64,000 bases of DNA. Source: the human T2T-CHM13v2.0 reference genome, Homo sapiens. Position 1 is the stretch's first letter; every line of letters begins with the position of its first letter. The notes beneath the pieces are model-generated. The model did not search any database and was not told the origin of the DNA. It saw only the letters and a program-made list of their open reading frames with translations. The stretch is taken from the NCBI RefSeq assembly GCF_009914755.1, contig NC_060928.1. One strand, 5' to 3'. The position numbers and the translations under genes are program-made. Positions 28,585-47,261 of the stretch are shown here, piece by piece.

Positions 28585-28968
28585 TACCTAACTGAAATGG
28601 ACTCGATGGTCCCATGGATATTTCTTTCGGATAAACATAGAAACCGGCCATTCCAGTCTTAAAGCTGGAAACTTACAATATCAAAGGACTAAAACCCGAT
28701 CATTGCATTTAGACAATGAGACGCCAGGCTCCTCATTGATCATGATTCCTTCCTTATCCCCCCTGAGTTCCGGTTTTTCCATACACAGTTACATTTCTTC
28801 CCATATATACTAACCCTTCATGTTAGTTGGTCAGGGGATGAAGTTGAGACTGATCACCAATCCCCTTGGCTGTAGCACCCATCCTGGGTGATAATCATTT
28901 TCTCAGTGATTGGTTTTCTGTGCGGCAAGCAGCAGGCCTTAGATCAAACCCCTGGGGTTTCAGTAACA
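28585..28968 (+). mobile_element. ERV1 MER4-group solo LTR (MER39-like)
   Basis: ggataaacatagaaa...gtcttaaagctggaaacttac; 3' end ctcagtgattggttttctgtgcggcaagcagcagg...cccctggggtttcagtaaca. 5' boundary approximate. Confidence 0.75.
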
Positions 28969-28988
28969 TAAACATACGGAGATGCAAC

Positions 28989-29537
28989 TGTCAGAGGAAT
29001 GAAAACCAGAGCAACTCCATCTTGAATAGGAGCTGGGTAAAATGAGGCTGAGACCTACTGGGCTGCATTCCCAGATCGTAAAGGCATTCTAAGTCACAGG
29101 ATGAGATAGGAGGGCGGCACAAAATAAAGGTCATAAAGACCTGTCTGATAAAACAGATTCCAGTAAAGATGCCAGCTAAAACCCACCAAAACCGAGATGG
29201 TGATGAGAGTAACCTCTGGTCGTCCTCACTGCTATACTCCCACCAGCACCATGACAGTTCACAAATGCCAGGGCAACATCAGGAAGTTACCCTATATGGT
29301 CTAAAAAGGGGAGGCATGAATAATCCACCACTTGTTTAACACATAATCAAGAAATAACCATTAAAAAGGGCAAACAGCAGCCCTCAGGGTTGCTCTGTCT
29401 ATGAAGTAGCCATTCTCTTATTCCTTTACTTTTCAAATAAACTTGGTTTCAGTTTACGAACTTGCCCTGAATTATTCCTTGTGTGTGATCCAAGAACCCT
29501 CTGTTGTGGTCTGGATTGGGACCCCTTTCCTGTAACA
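28989..29537 (+). mobile_element. MER41A 5' LTR
   Basis: tgtcagagg...ccagagcaactccatcttgaatagg to ...gggacccctttcctgtaaca; AATAAA at 29436-29441; preceded by caac. Confidence 0.93.
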
Positions 29538-30210
29538 TCTTTCGGGAGACTGCAGAAGAGACTATAATGTGGAAATCCCCAGCCCAAAGGCTAACTTTGG
29601 GTAAGTTGTGGGGTCCAGTAACATCTTTCTGGCTAACTCTGAAGGGATGATACTGAAGAAACCTCCTGACCCAAAGGAAATAGACTGATCAGCCAGCTTT
29701 GGGTAAGTGGTGGGGTACCCAGGTAAAGGATAGGATTGGGTAAGAAGCCCAATTTAGGAGAGTTAGAGTCTCTCCTAAGACAGAGTGGGTTAGAGGGCCC
29801 TCTTAATAAAAGGCAAGGACACTTAACTGACCTTGAGTTTGAGGCCCAAAAAAACTTAGGAAGGTTACAGTCCCTTAGAAGATTTAGTGGGTTAAAGCCC
29901 CTCTCAGTAAAGTCCCTCTCGGTAAAGTCCCTTTCAGCTAAGGATGTTAACTGCTATTCTCTTTGGATTAATCTATTGTGCACTCTTTGCTGAAGGCTGT
30001 GGGTGGCAGGATTAGGCATACACAGGATCATGGGACATGGGGAGCTTTTTCCTCCCTAAAAAGGGACACTTCAGAGCTGATGGGACTGCTGGAAAAGATT
30101 TCTTCTTGACTGATAAGCAGCCTCCTGTACTTTTCGTGTCACTACAATTGGTGGGTCTTTCTCTGGCCTCCCTGAGCGCCACGCCTTCCCCACTCTGCCT
30201 CAGGCAATGC

Positions 30211-30252
30211 TTTCTCTCTCTCTCTTTCTCTCTCTCTCTCTGTGTGTGTGTG
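30211..30252. repeat. (CT)n(GT)n compound microsatellite in the MER41 leader
   Basis: tttctctctctctctttctctctctctctctgtgtgtgtgtg. Confidence 0.9.
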
Positions 30253-32907
30253 TTTGTGCAAACTGGTTAAATGGTAAAAATTACTGTTTATCTCTTGTAA
30301 AGTTTTGATTAATGTAAAAAAGGGTTTGTGAGGCTAGTCTTAAGCTGCAGCCAATCTGGTCTGCTTTGTGTGGCTTCCTGTATCATTCTGTCATAAAGAG
30401 GGGTACCTTACGGTAGAACATGAGCTTAGGATACCTGTAAGCCTACTGTTCAAAGATGACCCAGCAATCTGGTCAGTTACAAACTTTGCTGCAGGTCCCT
30501 GAGAAAACTGAATGTGGTTTCCTTTTTGTCTTGCATATCCTTAGGAGCTTGACCTTGTAACCACATGGCAGTACTATCTGTTGGTCTCCACCATCACAAT
30601 GGTGGCCCGGGTTCAGTGTTCCATTCCTGGTTTGGAAGATGAGTCCTTTATCTTCTTCTGTGTATTGATGTTTATTATGTGTGTGATGTTTATATATAAA
30701 AGAGCTTTAATTAATTGGTTTAATAATAATAATAAGACCTTAAATCAAATATTTTGTCAGAAAAGTAAAAAGCGTAATACCTTTTGGGTCATATAACTTT
30801 AGTAATCTTTTGGAAATAAAAACAGTTTTAAAGAGTATTGGTAAAGTAGAAATATCTTCAAAAATGTAAATATTTAGTTTAAATTATGCAGGCCAGATAT
30901 TAAGCTTGCTTTAAAATCATAAACTGCTTCTTTGACTTTTGAAAATTGTTCAATTTACCTACCTTGAAGTTATTAGTTTCTAGAAAAGGCCTGTTGACAT
31001 GTAGAATTAGCCATGCCCCCTATCTATGAAAAGAAGTTTATAAAGAAAAGAAATTTTATATTATAAAGTCTGTTGTATGGTAAATTCTTGTCCTAAAGTA
31101 AAATGACCGTTTCTTTGTAAAAAAGGGATGTTTAGGACAAGTCAAAAAGTCCAAACATATCACACATGGTCTATGTGAGTCATGAAATAATTTATAAAAA
31201 GGAAATTTATGCAACAAATGTTGTACAATTTAAAGGTGATTAGGCCTCCTAAATCCTTCTTAATATGCCACTATGACTTTCACTGTATAACTTGACTGCT
31301 TTACAACTACGGAGGCCTGGAACATGTGAAGTTAGATGCTAGAAAGAGCCAGACCTTATCTGTACTTCTGTCTGGGTCCTAGGCTCCACACCTACTATGT
31401 AATTAAAATTGTGACTTACCAAGGTTTTCACCAAAAGTAAGTCACTAAGAGTTAACATTGTAACATGTAATTAAGACTACTGAATAAACAATTTTACATG
31501 CAAGGTGTGTAAGGAAAACGTGTTTTTGGCAAAAGATTATAGGAAGGCCTGGGAATCCAGATTTCTTGCCTAAGTTTAGAGGGTTAAAGGATTGTTTTAA
31601 GTTAGAATAAAGCTGAAGGTTTAAGCAAGTTGTGGAAGGTTTGTGAAAAATTACTTGTAAAAGATATTCTGTTTGTGAACATATTGGCTAAAGTTAAAGT
31701 GGTGTTATTCAGTTTTTCTGTAAATTAAGCATTGGAATAAAAGCACAAGTTTTTCTTAGAGCACTGATCTGCTCTTTAACAAAATTTGTAAAGGGTTATA
31801 AAAGTTTTATGAAAATCTTAACTTATGGTCAAATTAATTAAAATTAAATACATTCATCTATAAGGTTTTATTAAGAATTGGGTTTGACATCAATAATGCA
31901 CTAATGCCACAGTGACATTTGGCTTATTTGTTATAAAAAATCATAAAAGAAGCATTGTCAAATGTAAAATAGTGTTTGGCTTTCTTTGGGCTATATTTGT
32001 ATAAATATTTATTGATATGTGTTCCAAAATAATGGGAAACTCCTGTAATTCTGATATGACTCAGTATATGTTAATTAATAATTATAATTATTGTAAGCCA
32101 CAAAGGTAACCAAATTTCTTTGTCGATCATGTTTTTGACTGTGGCTGTCCTAAAATTTTATCATCCACAAAAAAATTTTCTTGTTTTCATCCTCTTTAAA
32201 ATGTGCATTTATAATCAACTCTAGATGTTCTTAAATGCAGGTTTTATGATAACTTTGGAAATTTTGATATCAGAATACAGGAAAAAGCTCTCAGTACTCA
32301 TGGAGAGCTGAAATGTTCATGAATATCAAACAGAACAGGAGTTAACTGCATAAACTAAACTAATGAAGTCTGAGGTATTCTTAACTTTTTGATTAAAATG
32401 TTGCTGGTCCTTTGTTTCATTTTTCAGAGTCAAGTTTTAAGCTATTTTTAAGCTATTTCCAGCTTTTGACAATTGAGTAATGTATACTCCTGTGAACAAA
32501 CTTTGGAGCATGTGTTTCTCTCTATCTGATTTATCCAGGATTTGGAAACTATTTGTCAGTATTCTTAATTTATGGCAATAAAGTTATTTGCATAAGTGCA
32601 ATAAGAATCTGTTTTCTTTTGAAACAGGAAACAATTGGGGAAACTGGTTATTTTACCAAGGCTTTGATTGGAATGATGTGTTTTCCTTTAAGGAATCAAA
32701 CTTCACTTATAAAGCCAATAAAAGCCTCTTGAGGAACTGGCCTCAGACATTGTCTACAACAGTCCCTGTACAGGGTTTCTGACCTGTGGCAAGTAAAGAA
32801 TGTCACTGTCCAGGAGCCCCAAGTTATCTTGGGAACCCAAGAGAAGAGGTATTTACTCAATTCATAGGCATTTGAGGTTACAAAGCCATGGTAGAGCTCG
32901 ACACTAA

Positions 32908-33231
<324 letters not shown>

Positions 33232-34016
33232 GAAGTCTTACCTGAGATTCCTTCTATGGAACAGAGTTCCATCAAAGCCAATTTAAAAAGAGCTTATGTG
33301 AAAAGTAATTATTCCTCTTGCACATTATATAAATAATCAGGCCAAATATAATAAAGCAAATCAATCTTACCATGATTTGTCTTTAATAAAAATGAGAAAA
33401 CTGTAGAGAGAAATTATGTTTCAAGAACTGTGGTACATTTGTTATTAGATTCTAGTCTCATCGGTTGTTTTTAAGTTTGTTTCTGTCATTTAGGCTAACC
33501 CTGCTTATTCCTGTGAACCAACCGTGATCTCTGGCTGCTATTCACAAGAAACAGGAGTGTTGGGTAATGTAAAAATCTGGATCAATATTCTAATTCTGGG
33601 CACATTGGAATCAGCTAGCAACTCTATATCAGCTTGGTTCCAAGAGTTGCCCAGTTCATGGAAAGACTTCTAATTTAATTTACTTGGGATAATTTTACTT
33701 ATTTTGCTTTACTGTTGTGGAATATATTGCCATTGTACTCTGTAGGAATGCCTGACAAGCTTACTGAATGTTTTTCAAATTGAACACTTATTAATCTTCC
33801 AGATATCACCTCTTGTCAGACCTCAAGAGTCATGAATGGCCCTCACCATACTGATGCTTTCTGACTGAGCTCCTCTCTACCCTGAATATGAGAGACCTTA
33901 ATAGTTAGGAAAGAAGGTCGTTGTCTCTATTCGGCTTCAAGAAGTTACAGAAGATGGATCTTCATCTCTCTGCAACCTTTAGGATTAACGGTTCTCTTAT
34001 AAAAGGGAGGGGGAAA

Positions 34017-34568
34017 TGTCAGAAGCATGTGAACCAGAGCATGAATAGGAGCTTGAATAGGAGCTGGGCAAAATGAGGCTGAGACCTACTGGGCTACATT
34101 CACAGATTGTTAAGGCATTCTGAGTTACAGGATGAGATGGGAGGTCAGCACAAGATACAGGTCATAAAGACCTTGCTGATAAAACAGGTTGCAGTAAAGA
34201 ATCTGGCTAAAACCCACCAAAACCAAGATGGCAACAATAGTGACCTCTGGCCGTCCTCACTGCTACACTCCTACCAGCACCATGACAGTTCACAAATGCC
34301 ATGGCAACATCAGGAAGTTACCCTATATGGCCTAAAAAGGGGAGGCATGAATAATCCACCCCTTGTTTAGCATATAATCCAGAAATAACCATAAAAATGG
34401 ACAACCAGCAGCTCTTGGGGCATCTCTGTCTATGGAGTTGCCATTCCTTTATTCCTTTACTTTTCTAAAAAGCTTGTTTTCAATTTACAGACTGGCCCTG
34501 AATTCTTTCTCGTGCAAGATCCAAGAACCTTCTCTTGGGGTCTGGATCAGGACCCCTTTCCTGTAATA
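34017..34568 (+). mobile_element. MER41A 3' LTR
   Basis: Direct repeat of 28989-29537, immediately after the PPT; ends ...cccctttcctgtaata followed by caat. Confidence 0.93.
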
Positions 34569-35089
34569 CAATGATTTTGTTATTAAGAGCAAGATTACAA
34601 CTATGTACAGGATCAGGCTATGTAGGATGATAGCTAAATAAACTATAATTTTTCAGATTGAATGAGCTAATAAGTGATTTATATTTTAGTTTTGTTTTTA
34701 TGCTCTGTATTTTTTGAATATTTTAATAACAATTATAGATTACTTTTTAATCAAGAAATTGTATATGAATAAAATACATGATGAAGACATTAAATTCTAA
34801 GTGCAACTAAATAAGGAAAATTTATTATCAGTGAATGTTATCATCTCCACTATTTAATAGTTACAGAAAATATAGTGCATATAAGCCATAAACTTAAATT
34901 CAGTACAGTATATAATAAGCATTTAGTAAACATTCATTGAATTAAATAGAATTGTCTACGTTATGAGCTTTTGGTACGCAAATCACTCTGAAACTAAGGA
35001 TTGTAATTAAGGATTTACAAAATCTTTCCAGACACAGAAAGTGTCACAAGACACTTCAGCAGCTTCTTAGTAAATATTTTTTAAGTAAA

Positions 35090-35200
35090 CAAATAAATGA
35101 ATCCCAACCAACTTAAAGGGCTGTCATGAGGAAAAAACAGACAATGCATTTATAGTGCCTGACCCAATACTTGATACATATGGTAAGTATTAACTAAATG
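35090..35200 (+). mobile_element. MIR 3' fragment
   Basis: aagggctgtcatgagga...gcatttatagtgcctgacccaatacttgatacatatggtaagtattaactaaatg. Confidence 0.5.
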
Positions 35201-35269
35201 ATGTCTCCTTCCCCCACACTCCCCTTTCCACAGCTCCATCTTTCCCTGTCAACTTAAAATCAAGTAAGA

Positions 35270-35810
35270 AAGTTATTTTTGGAAGGTTATGCAGGACAGA
35301 TTTTGGTCTGCTCTTGGGAAGTAAAGTGTGAACCCTGGAATATTCTGCCCAGTGAGCATTCTTGTGTGCCTGATGCATTGGGCTACCTGGTATCAATTTG
35401 ATCAGATAGCTTATGCCAACATGTAGTTGATGAAAAACCCCTGTTTTCTCTCTGGGGAGCTGGAGTCTGAGTTGCAGAGGTCATTTCCTTAGGGGCTGCA
35501 TGTCTATGTCATTCAACTCAATAAAAACACTAGATACCAAGGCGTATGTGAGCTTCCCTGTTTGACAAAACTTTGAATGCATTCTCACATATTACTTCTA
35601 AGAGAATTAAGCATGCGTGGCTTTCTGGGAGATAATACATGGAAATTTGTGCCTAGTTTCTCCTAGATTTTGCCCTGTATACATTTTCCCCTTGCTAATT
35701 TTAATCTGAATCTCTTCATGGTAATAAACTGTAACCCAAACTATAACAGCTTTATCTGAGTCCTGTGTGAATTATGGAGCACAAGGATAGTCTTAGGTAA
35801 ACTCACCCCA
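35270..35810 (+). mobile_element. MER21-like LTR
   Basis: caataaaaacactagataccaaggcgtatgtgagcttccctg...ggtaataaactgtaacc...tataacagcttt...ctgagtcctgtg. Confidence 0.65.
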
Positions 35811-36189
35811 AGGGCAAAAATTTCATTCTAGAATTTGTGAAGAATAAATCATATCAAATTACTGGAATTGTATTAGGAAGATTTTAGAACCCATCGTTAA
35901 ATACCTAGACTTCATCTCAAACGTAAGAGTTTTTGACTAGGGGACGTGCATGAAAATTTTAATTTTCACAAGATTAGGTTGATAGAGATTTGGAGAATGA
36001 ATTAGGGTACAAGAAATCTAATTTCATAATAATGGCATTGGAAAACAATAGGAAAGTAAAATGTTGACCATTACAAAGAACTAGTTTATAATTGATAACT
36101 GAGCAGCTCTCTTTCCTCATTTGCATTGTCTGGTCAAACTATTTCAAACAAGCTCTCCTTCTTATTAAAATAAAAGAGATCTTATGGAC

Positions 36190-36292
36190 GTGACAGTTGA
36201 TATAAATCCCTACAGTTGTTGTCAAATCTCAATGTTCATTCTACGTTACTTCAGCAGCATTGGACATAGTCACTACTTCCTCTTTGAAACCT
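36190..36292 (+). mobile_element. L2 fragment (first piece of an L2 continuing to ~45000)
   Basis: gttgtcaaatctcaatgttcattct...tcagcagcattggacatagtcactacttcctctttgaaac. Confidence 0.6.
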
Positions 36293-36293
36293 T

Positions 36294-36705
36294 TTGTGTT
36301 AGTCTGCTAGGGCTGCCCTAACAAAGTACCACATACTGGATGGCTTAAACAATAGAAATCTATTTTCCCATAGTTCTGGAGACTAGAAGTCCAAGATCGA
36401 ATTGCCATCAAGATTGGGTTCTCATAAACACTTTCTTCCTGGTTTTCAGGTGGCAGCTTTCTGGCTGTGTCCTCATATGGCCTTTTGTCTCTCTCCATGT
36501 GTGTATGTGGTGTGTGTGTGTGTGTGTGTGTGTAGAAAGAGAGAGCTCTGGTGACCCCTCCTCATAAGGACATCAGTTCTATCACATTAAAGCTTGATGA
36601 TGCTTGGTAACCTCTTTTAAACTTACTTACCTCTTTAAAGGTCCTATCTCCAAAGACAAGTCACTTTGGGACCTAGGCCTTCAACATCTCAATTTTGGGG
36701 GGTCC
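36294..36705 (-). mobile_element. MLT1A/B-like MaLR LTR with internal (TG)n
   Basis: tgtgttagtctgctagggctgccctaacaaagtaccacatactggatggcttaaacaatagaaat...ttctggagactagaagtccaagatc. Confidence 0.85.
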
Positions 36706-36778
36706 ATAAGATCTTCATTTCTTTAAGTTTCTGTAAGACACAGTTTCCTTTGATGTCTTCTTTCTTTTCCCCCAACAT

Positions 36779-36890
36779 TAGGGCTGATTTCATGGGTGTG
36801 CCACCTGTGCAGTGTTACAGAGCTTCCTACTTAAGAGTCTGGTGCTACATTTAATTCTCTGCTGCTGCCTTCCTAAAGTTCTCAGTAAAT
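36779..36890 (+). mobile_element. MER91A (hAT-Tip100 MITE), left half
   Basis: tagggctgatttcatgggtgtgccacctgtgcagt resembles consensus CAGGGCCGGCTTCATGGGCGTGCGACCTGTGCAGT. Confidence 0.7.
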
Positions 36891-36899
36891 AAAAAACTT

Positions 36900-43310
<6,411 letters not shown>

Positions 43311-43324
43311 TCAAGTTTCTAGAA

Positions 43325-43390
43325 ATCTGTTTTAAAAGGGGCTGCATTTTTATTTAGTAGTGGGCTCTGCAAATTATATATGCCGGGCTG
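43325..43390 (+). mobile_element. MER91A, right half
   Basis: aaggggctgcatttttatttagtagtgggctctgcaaattatatgccgggctg resembles consensus AAGGGGCCCCGCATTTTCATTTTGCACTGGGCCCCGCAAATTATGTAGCCGGTCCTG. Confidence 0.7.
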
Positions 43391-43830
43391 TTAGTGTTTC
43401 CAGGGACTTGATATTCTCTTTCTCAGTCTCAGTCTCACTCTCATATCTCACTAGGTAATCTCATACATGCCAGCAGTTTAAACACCAGTCCTCTGACGAC
43501 TCCCAGATTTATTATCCCCTACTGCCTATTTTATATCTATAGTTTAATATTTAATAAAAGTCTGAAATACTATATGCCAAAAACAAATGCATATTTTCTC
43601 CTTGAAGATTTTTTATCATCATAATAGGATTGCCACCTTCCTAATCACACATAGCATTGTTTTTAAATCTGAGAATTATTTATTTGTCCTTGTATTCTCC
43701 TCAAACTCCACAATGAATCCAACAGAAGATCCCTGTCAGCTCTACCACCAAAACAAATCTCAAAACAGAACTCCTCTCACTATCTCTCCTACTATTGTCC
43801 TGGTATAAGCTGCCTCCAGCTCTCTGACCA
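43391..43830 (+). mobile_element. L2 fragment (continuation)
   Basis: ctaggtaatctcatac...ctgacgactcccagattta...ccctgtcagctctaccac...ctctcactatctctcctact. Confidence 0.7.
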
Positions 43831-43833
43831 ACA

Positions 43834-44092
43834 TTGTATGAATCCATGTATATGAAGTGTTCATAAAAAGCAAATTTACAGAGACAGGAGGCAGATTAAT
43901 GGTTGTCTGAGCTGCTGGTGGTGGGATTCTTTGTAAATAAGTGTGAGGCGTCATGGAGGAGTGAGGGAGTATGTTCGAAAACAAATTCATAATGATAGTT
44001 AAGCTGCTTGTTAAAGTTGCTAAATATTATTGAAGTATACACTTGCGATGGGTGAATTTTATGGTATTTAAAATATACCTCAAAAACATTCT
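43834..44092 (+). mobile_element. L1M (MB/ME-like) 3' terminal fragment
   Basis: tgtatgaatccatgtatatgaagtgttc...gcaaatttacagagacaggaggcagattaatggttg...gggtgaattttatggtatttaaaatatacctcaa. Confidence 0.8.
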
Positions 44093-44460
44093 TAGAAAAC
44101 GACAAAAACCATAACAAATAAAACTTCTCAACTGGATTCTCATTGTTAAACGTACACCTACAGAATGCATTCTTCATTTAGCACCCACAGTAAAACTCAG
44201 ATCAATCGCTCTCTCTGAGTCTTCCAACAACTTCTCTTCCCAACTAGAATGTGTTCCCGATGCCCTTGCTGACATCTCTGATTTCATATTCTACTATGTC
44301 CTCAGCACATTCTACATGTATTTGATTTGTTTTTGTTTCTTGAACTGGACAAGCTTGTTCCTGACTTGGGCTCTCATATTTCTTATTTTCTTTGCTCCTT
44401 AGTAGGCTGTTTCTCATTATTCAGGCCTAATATCAGAGCTCAGAGGAGCTTCCCAGATTA

Positions 44461-44810
44461 CCCAGCCAATATAGAGCCCTACTACACACCAAACACCCTC
44501 CATCATTTTATCCTTGAATATAGAGCCCTGCCTACATGCCAACACCCTCCATTATTATTATCCTAGCCTTTATAGAGACTACCTACACACCGAACACGCT
44601 CAGTCATTTTATCCTTGACTATACAGCCCTACTACACACTGAACACCCTCCATCATTTTATCCTAGCCAATGTAGAACCACATCTACACACAGAACAGCC
44701 CCAATCATTTTATCCTTGAATATAGAGCCCTACCTACACACCAAACACCCTCCATCAATTTATCCTAGCCAATATTACACACTGAACACCCTCCATCAAT
44801 TTGTCTTAGC
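44461..44810 (+). repeat. Minisatellite, ~7 units of ~50 bp with alternating A/B unit types
   Basis: Units start at 44461, 44511, 44561, 44612, 44661, 44713 and 44763; core aatatagagccctactacacaccaaacaccctccatcatttta. Confidence 0.92.
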
Positions 44811-44819
44811 GCATTTTCT

Positions 44820-45000
44820 CCAAACCATTTATTGCTCTCTGAAATTCTTATTTCTCTGCTTATGTCTTTAGTTTTGCTTCTTTCAGCAGAATGACATTCC
44901 TTAAAAGCAAGAGTTTGGCTTATTTTGTTCACTACCAAATCCTTAGTGTCAGAATAATATCTGGTATATAATAGGGGCTCTGTATATACTTTTTGATTTA
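44820..45000 (+). mobile_element. L2 3' end
   Basis: cagcagaatgacattccttaaaagcaagag...ttgttcactaccaaatccttagtgtcagaataatatctggtatataataggggctc. Confidence 0.75.
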
Positions 45001-46872
45001 CTTATTGACATTAGAAATAAACCCAAAGAAGGAATTGAAAATACACCTTTATTGTATAAGCAAAAGAAAAGACACGTAAGAAACAAGAGCGCATCTCTTC
45101 CTAAATACTGTGCCATCTTTTATAATGTCCATAATACAAATGGCCCCCATGTCAGATTTTTTATTCACATTCTTCATCATTATAATCTTAATAATACTAC
45201 TTAACACTCTTAGCATATTCCATCTTCAAACTGCTTTATAAATGATAACCGACATCAATTAATTAGTCATTATCAATTGATTTGTTGAATTAATCTCATT
45301 TCTAAAATTTCATTTTTATTGAAGATAATTAAGAAGGTGTCCAAACAGGATCTCAGACCGTATCTAATCATATCTCCTGTGCATATATTGTGTCTCATTA
45401 AGACATGGAAAATTCTTTTTTCCTAGTATATTTCTAAATTAGTACTGTTAAAATGACCTTCAGCTAACACCTAATTTATTCATAGTCTCTGACTTTTCTT
45501 TCTAGATCTAAAAAATCTTCAAAATGTTCTATGATAATGCATTTTTCTATCATAACCCGAAAGGCTCATAGGTGAGCAGAATAAACTCACTTTCTCTTCC
45601 TTTTTGTCTTCAATACACCTTTAATTTTCTATCTCAGTAATAATGTGTGAGTAGCATTATTGTGTTTTATTACACTTTGTCTCAAATTTGTAATATTTAC
45701 AATTAACTCAAAAATTTGTACCAACTCTAAATTTTATATATTATGCTGCGTAAAGAATTTCTAAGATGTAAACTTTGCTCTCTAGGTGTTTCCATTATTC
45801 AAAACTAGGTTAAATTCATCTCTTCCTCCTTCTGCGAACCCTCAGAAACAAAATATTAACAAAGTAAAGTGATGAAAGCATAGAAAGCACTTTTACTAAT
45901 ATTTATAGAGAATTTAATGCTTTCACATCCTTCCTTAAGAGGGATGAGAGAAGATATTTTAAACACTTTAAAACCCAGTTTAAATGTCAGTTTTGTATTA
46001 TTTAAGTGTGAATTATAGAAAACTAATGACACTCATTGAATAGCACTTTTACAAATTCTCAGTATTTGTGTTTGTTATCTTATCTCTAACTGTCAGTAAC
46101 AGCAAAATGATTCTTATTTGAACTATTCTATGGGGGTTGCTAGTCAATATAACAAAAATAACAAAATGTCAAAATGACTTGGTTAATCTTACTAAAAAAG
46201 CATAAAATAATGTTGTCTTAGTTTTATGTTTTTTAAAAAAGAACACTGGATTTAAATTTGGAGTCTTATTATTTCCATATTTAGGTAACTATATTCACAG
46301 TACAATCTTAAGTCTAATTAAAAAAAAAAATTTTCTCCTGAATCTGCTTCTGTAATCTAATTCACTCAAATTCTAGCAAAACAAAAACAATTAGAGACTC
46401 TAAAAAGTTAACAATGTTTTATGTGAGCCTATTAAACATTATTTCTTATTGAATGAGTTAATTAAATGCAATTGTGTAATACCTGTCAAAAAAATTAAAA
46501 CCAACTAATATGAATAATTGACTATACAATTATCTTTATTTTGCTGTTATGGGCAAAAAATTCCCATAATAAAATATAAAAATGCAAATTTGATTTTTCT
46601 CTGAAAGGGCACATAATGTATATGAATAAAATCACAATAAAATATGAATATAATTTATACAAATATTTACGATTATTCTTTTTCTAGTTGATCTCCATTC
46701 AAATCAGGTATGTTAAGTTTACATGGTTAATATCAAATTATAGTTTTGAATAAATGATAGTCATTTTAGTTTGAATGTAAATTTATACATTAATAGAGTA
46801 ACGGGGGGAAATTCTTATCTTCAATTTTCTTATAATAGAAACAGTATGTGTTTGTGTGTGTTTTTATAAGCA

Positions 46873-47190
46873 TATAATGTTCCACCAGATAATAATGTTT
46901 TAGTCAATGATGGATCACATATACTATGGTGGTCCCATAAGAGTATAATGGAGCATACATGCAACCTGATATATGGCACTTGATATTGCCACTGCAGATC
47001 AAGAAGAAATGATTGATATTCAGCAATGATGTTGAGACATTTGGTTTTTCATATTTTAAAAATCTATATAAATAAAAACACATATACTATCTGGGATTGT
47101 GTGAGTACACTCTATGATGTTTGCACAATGACATAATTGTCTAAGAATGCATTTATTAGAATGTATCCCCATAATTAAGGGGGATACATA
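46873..47190 (-). mobile_element. Tigger3-family (TcMar) non-autonomous DNA transposon
   Basis: gtcaatgatggatcacatatactatggtggtcccataag and gagtacactctatgatgtttgcacaatgac...gaatgtatcccc match Tigger3 termini with CpG decay. Confidence 0.8.
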
Positions 47191-47220
47191 TTTTAGAATA
47201 TATCCTGATATAGTGCATGG

Positions 47221-47221
<1 letters not shown>

Positions 47222-47258
<37 letters not shown>
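47222..47258. repeat. (TG)~18 microsatellite
   Basis: Directly visible. Confidence 0.95.

Positions 47259-47259
<1 letters not shown>

Positions 47260-47261
<2 letters not shown>

Noticed and set aside
44461-44810. CRISPR-like repeat-spacer array
   Set aside because: Whole units are homologous end to end, with no unique spacers, no cas genes and a primate context. It is a minisatellite.
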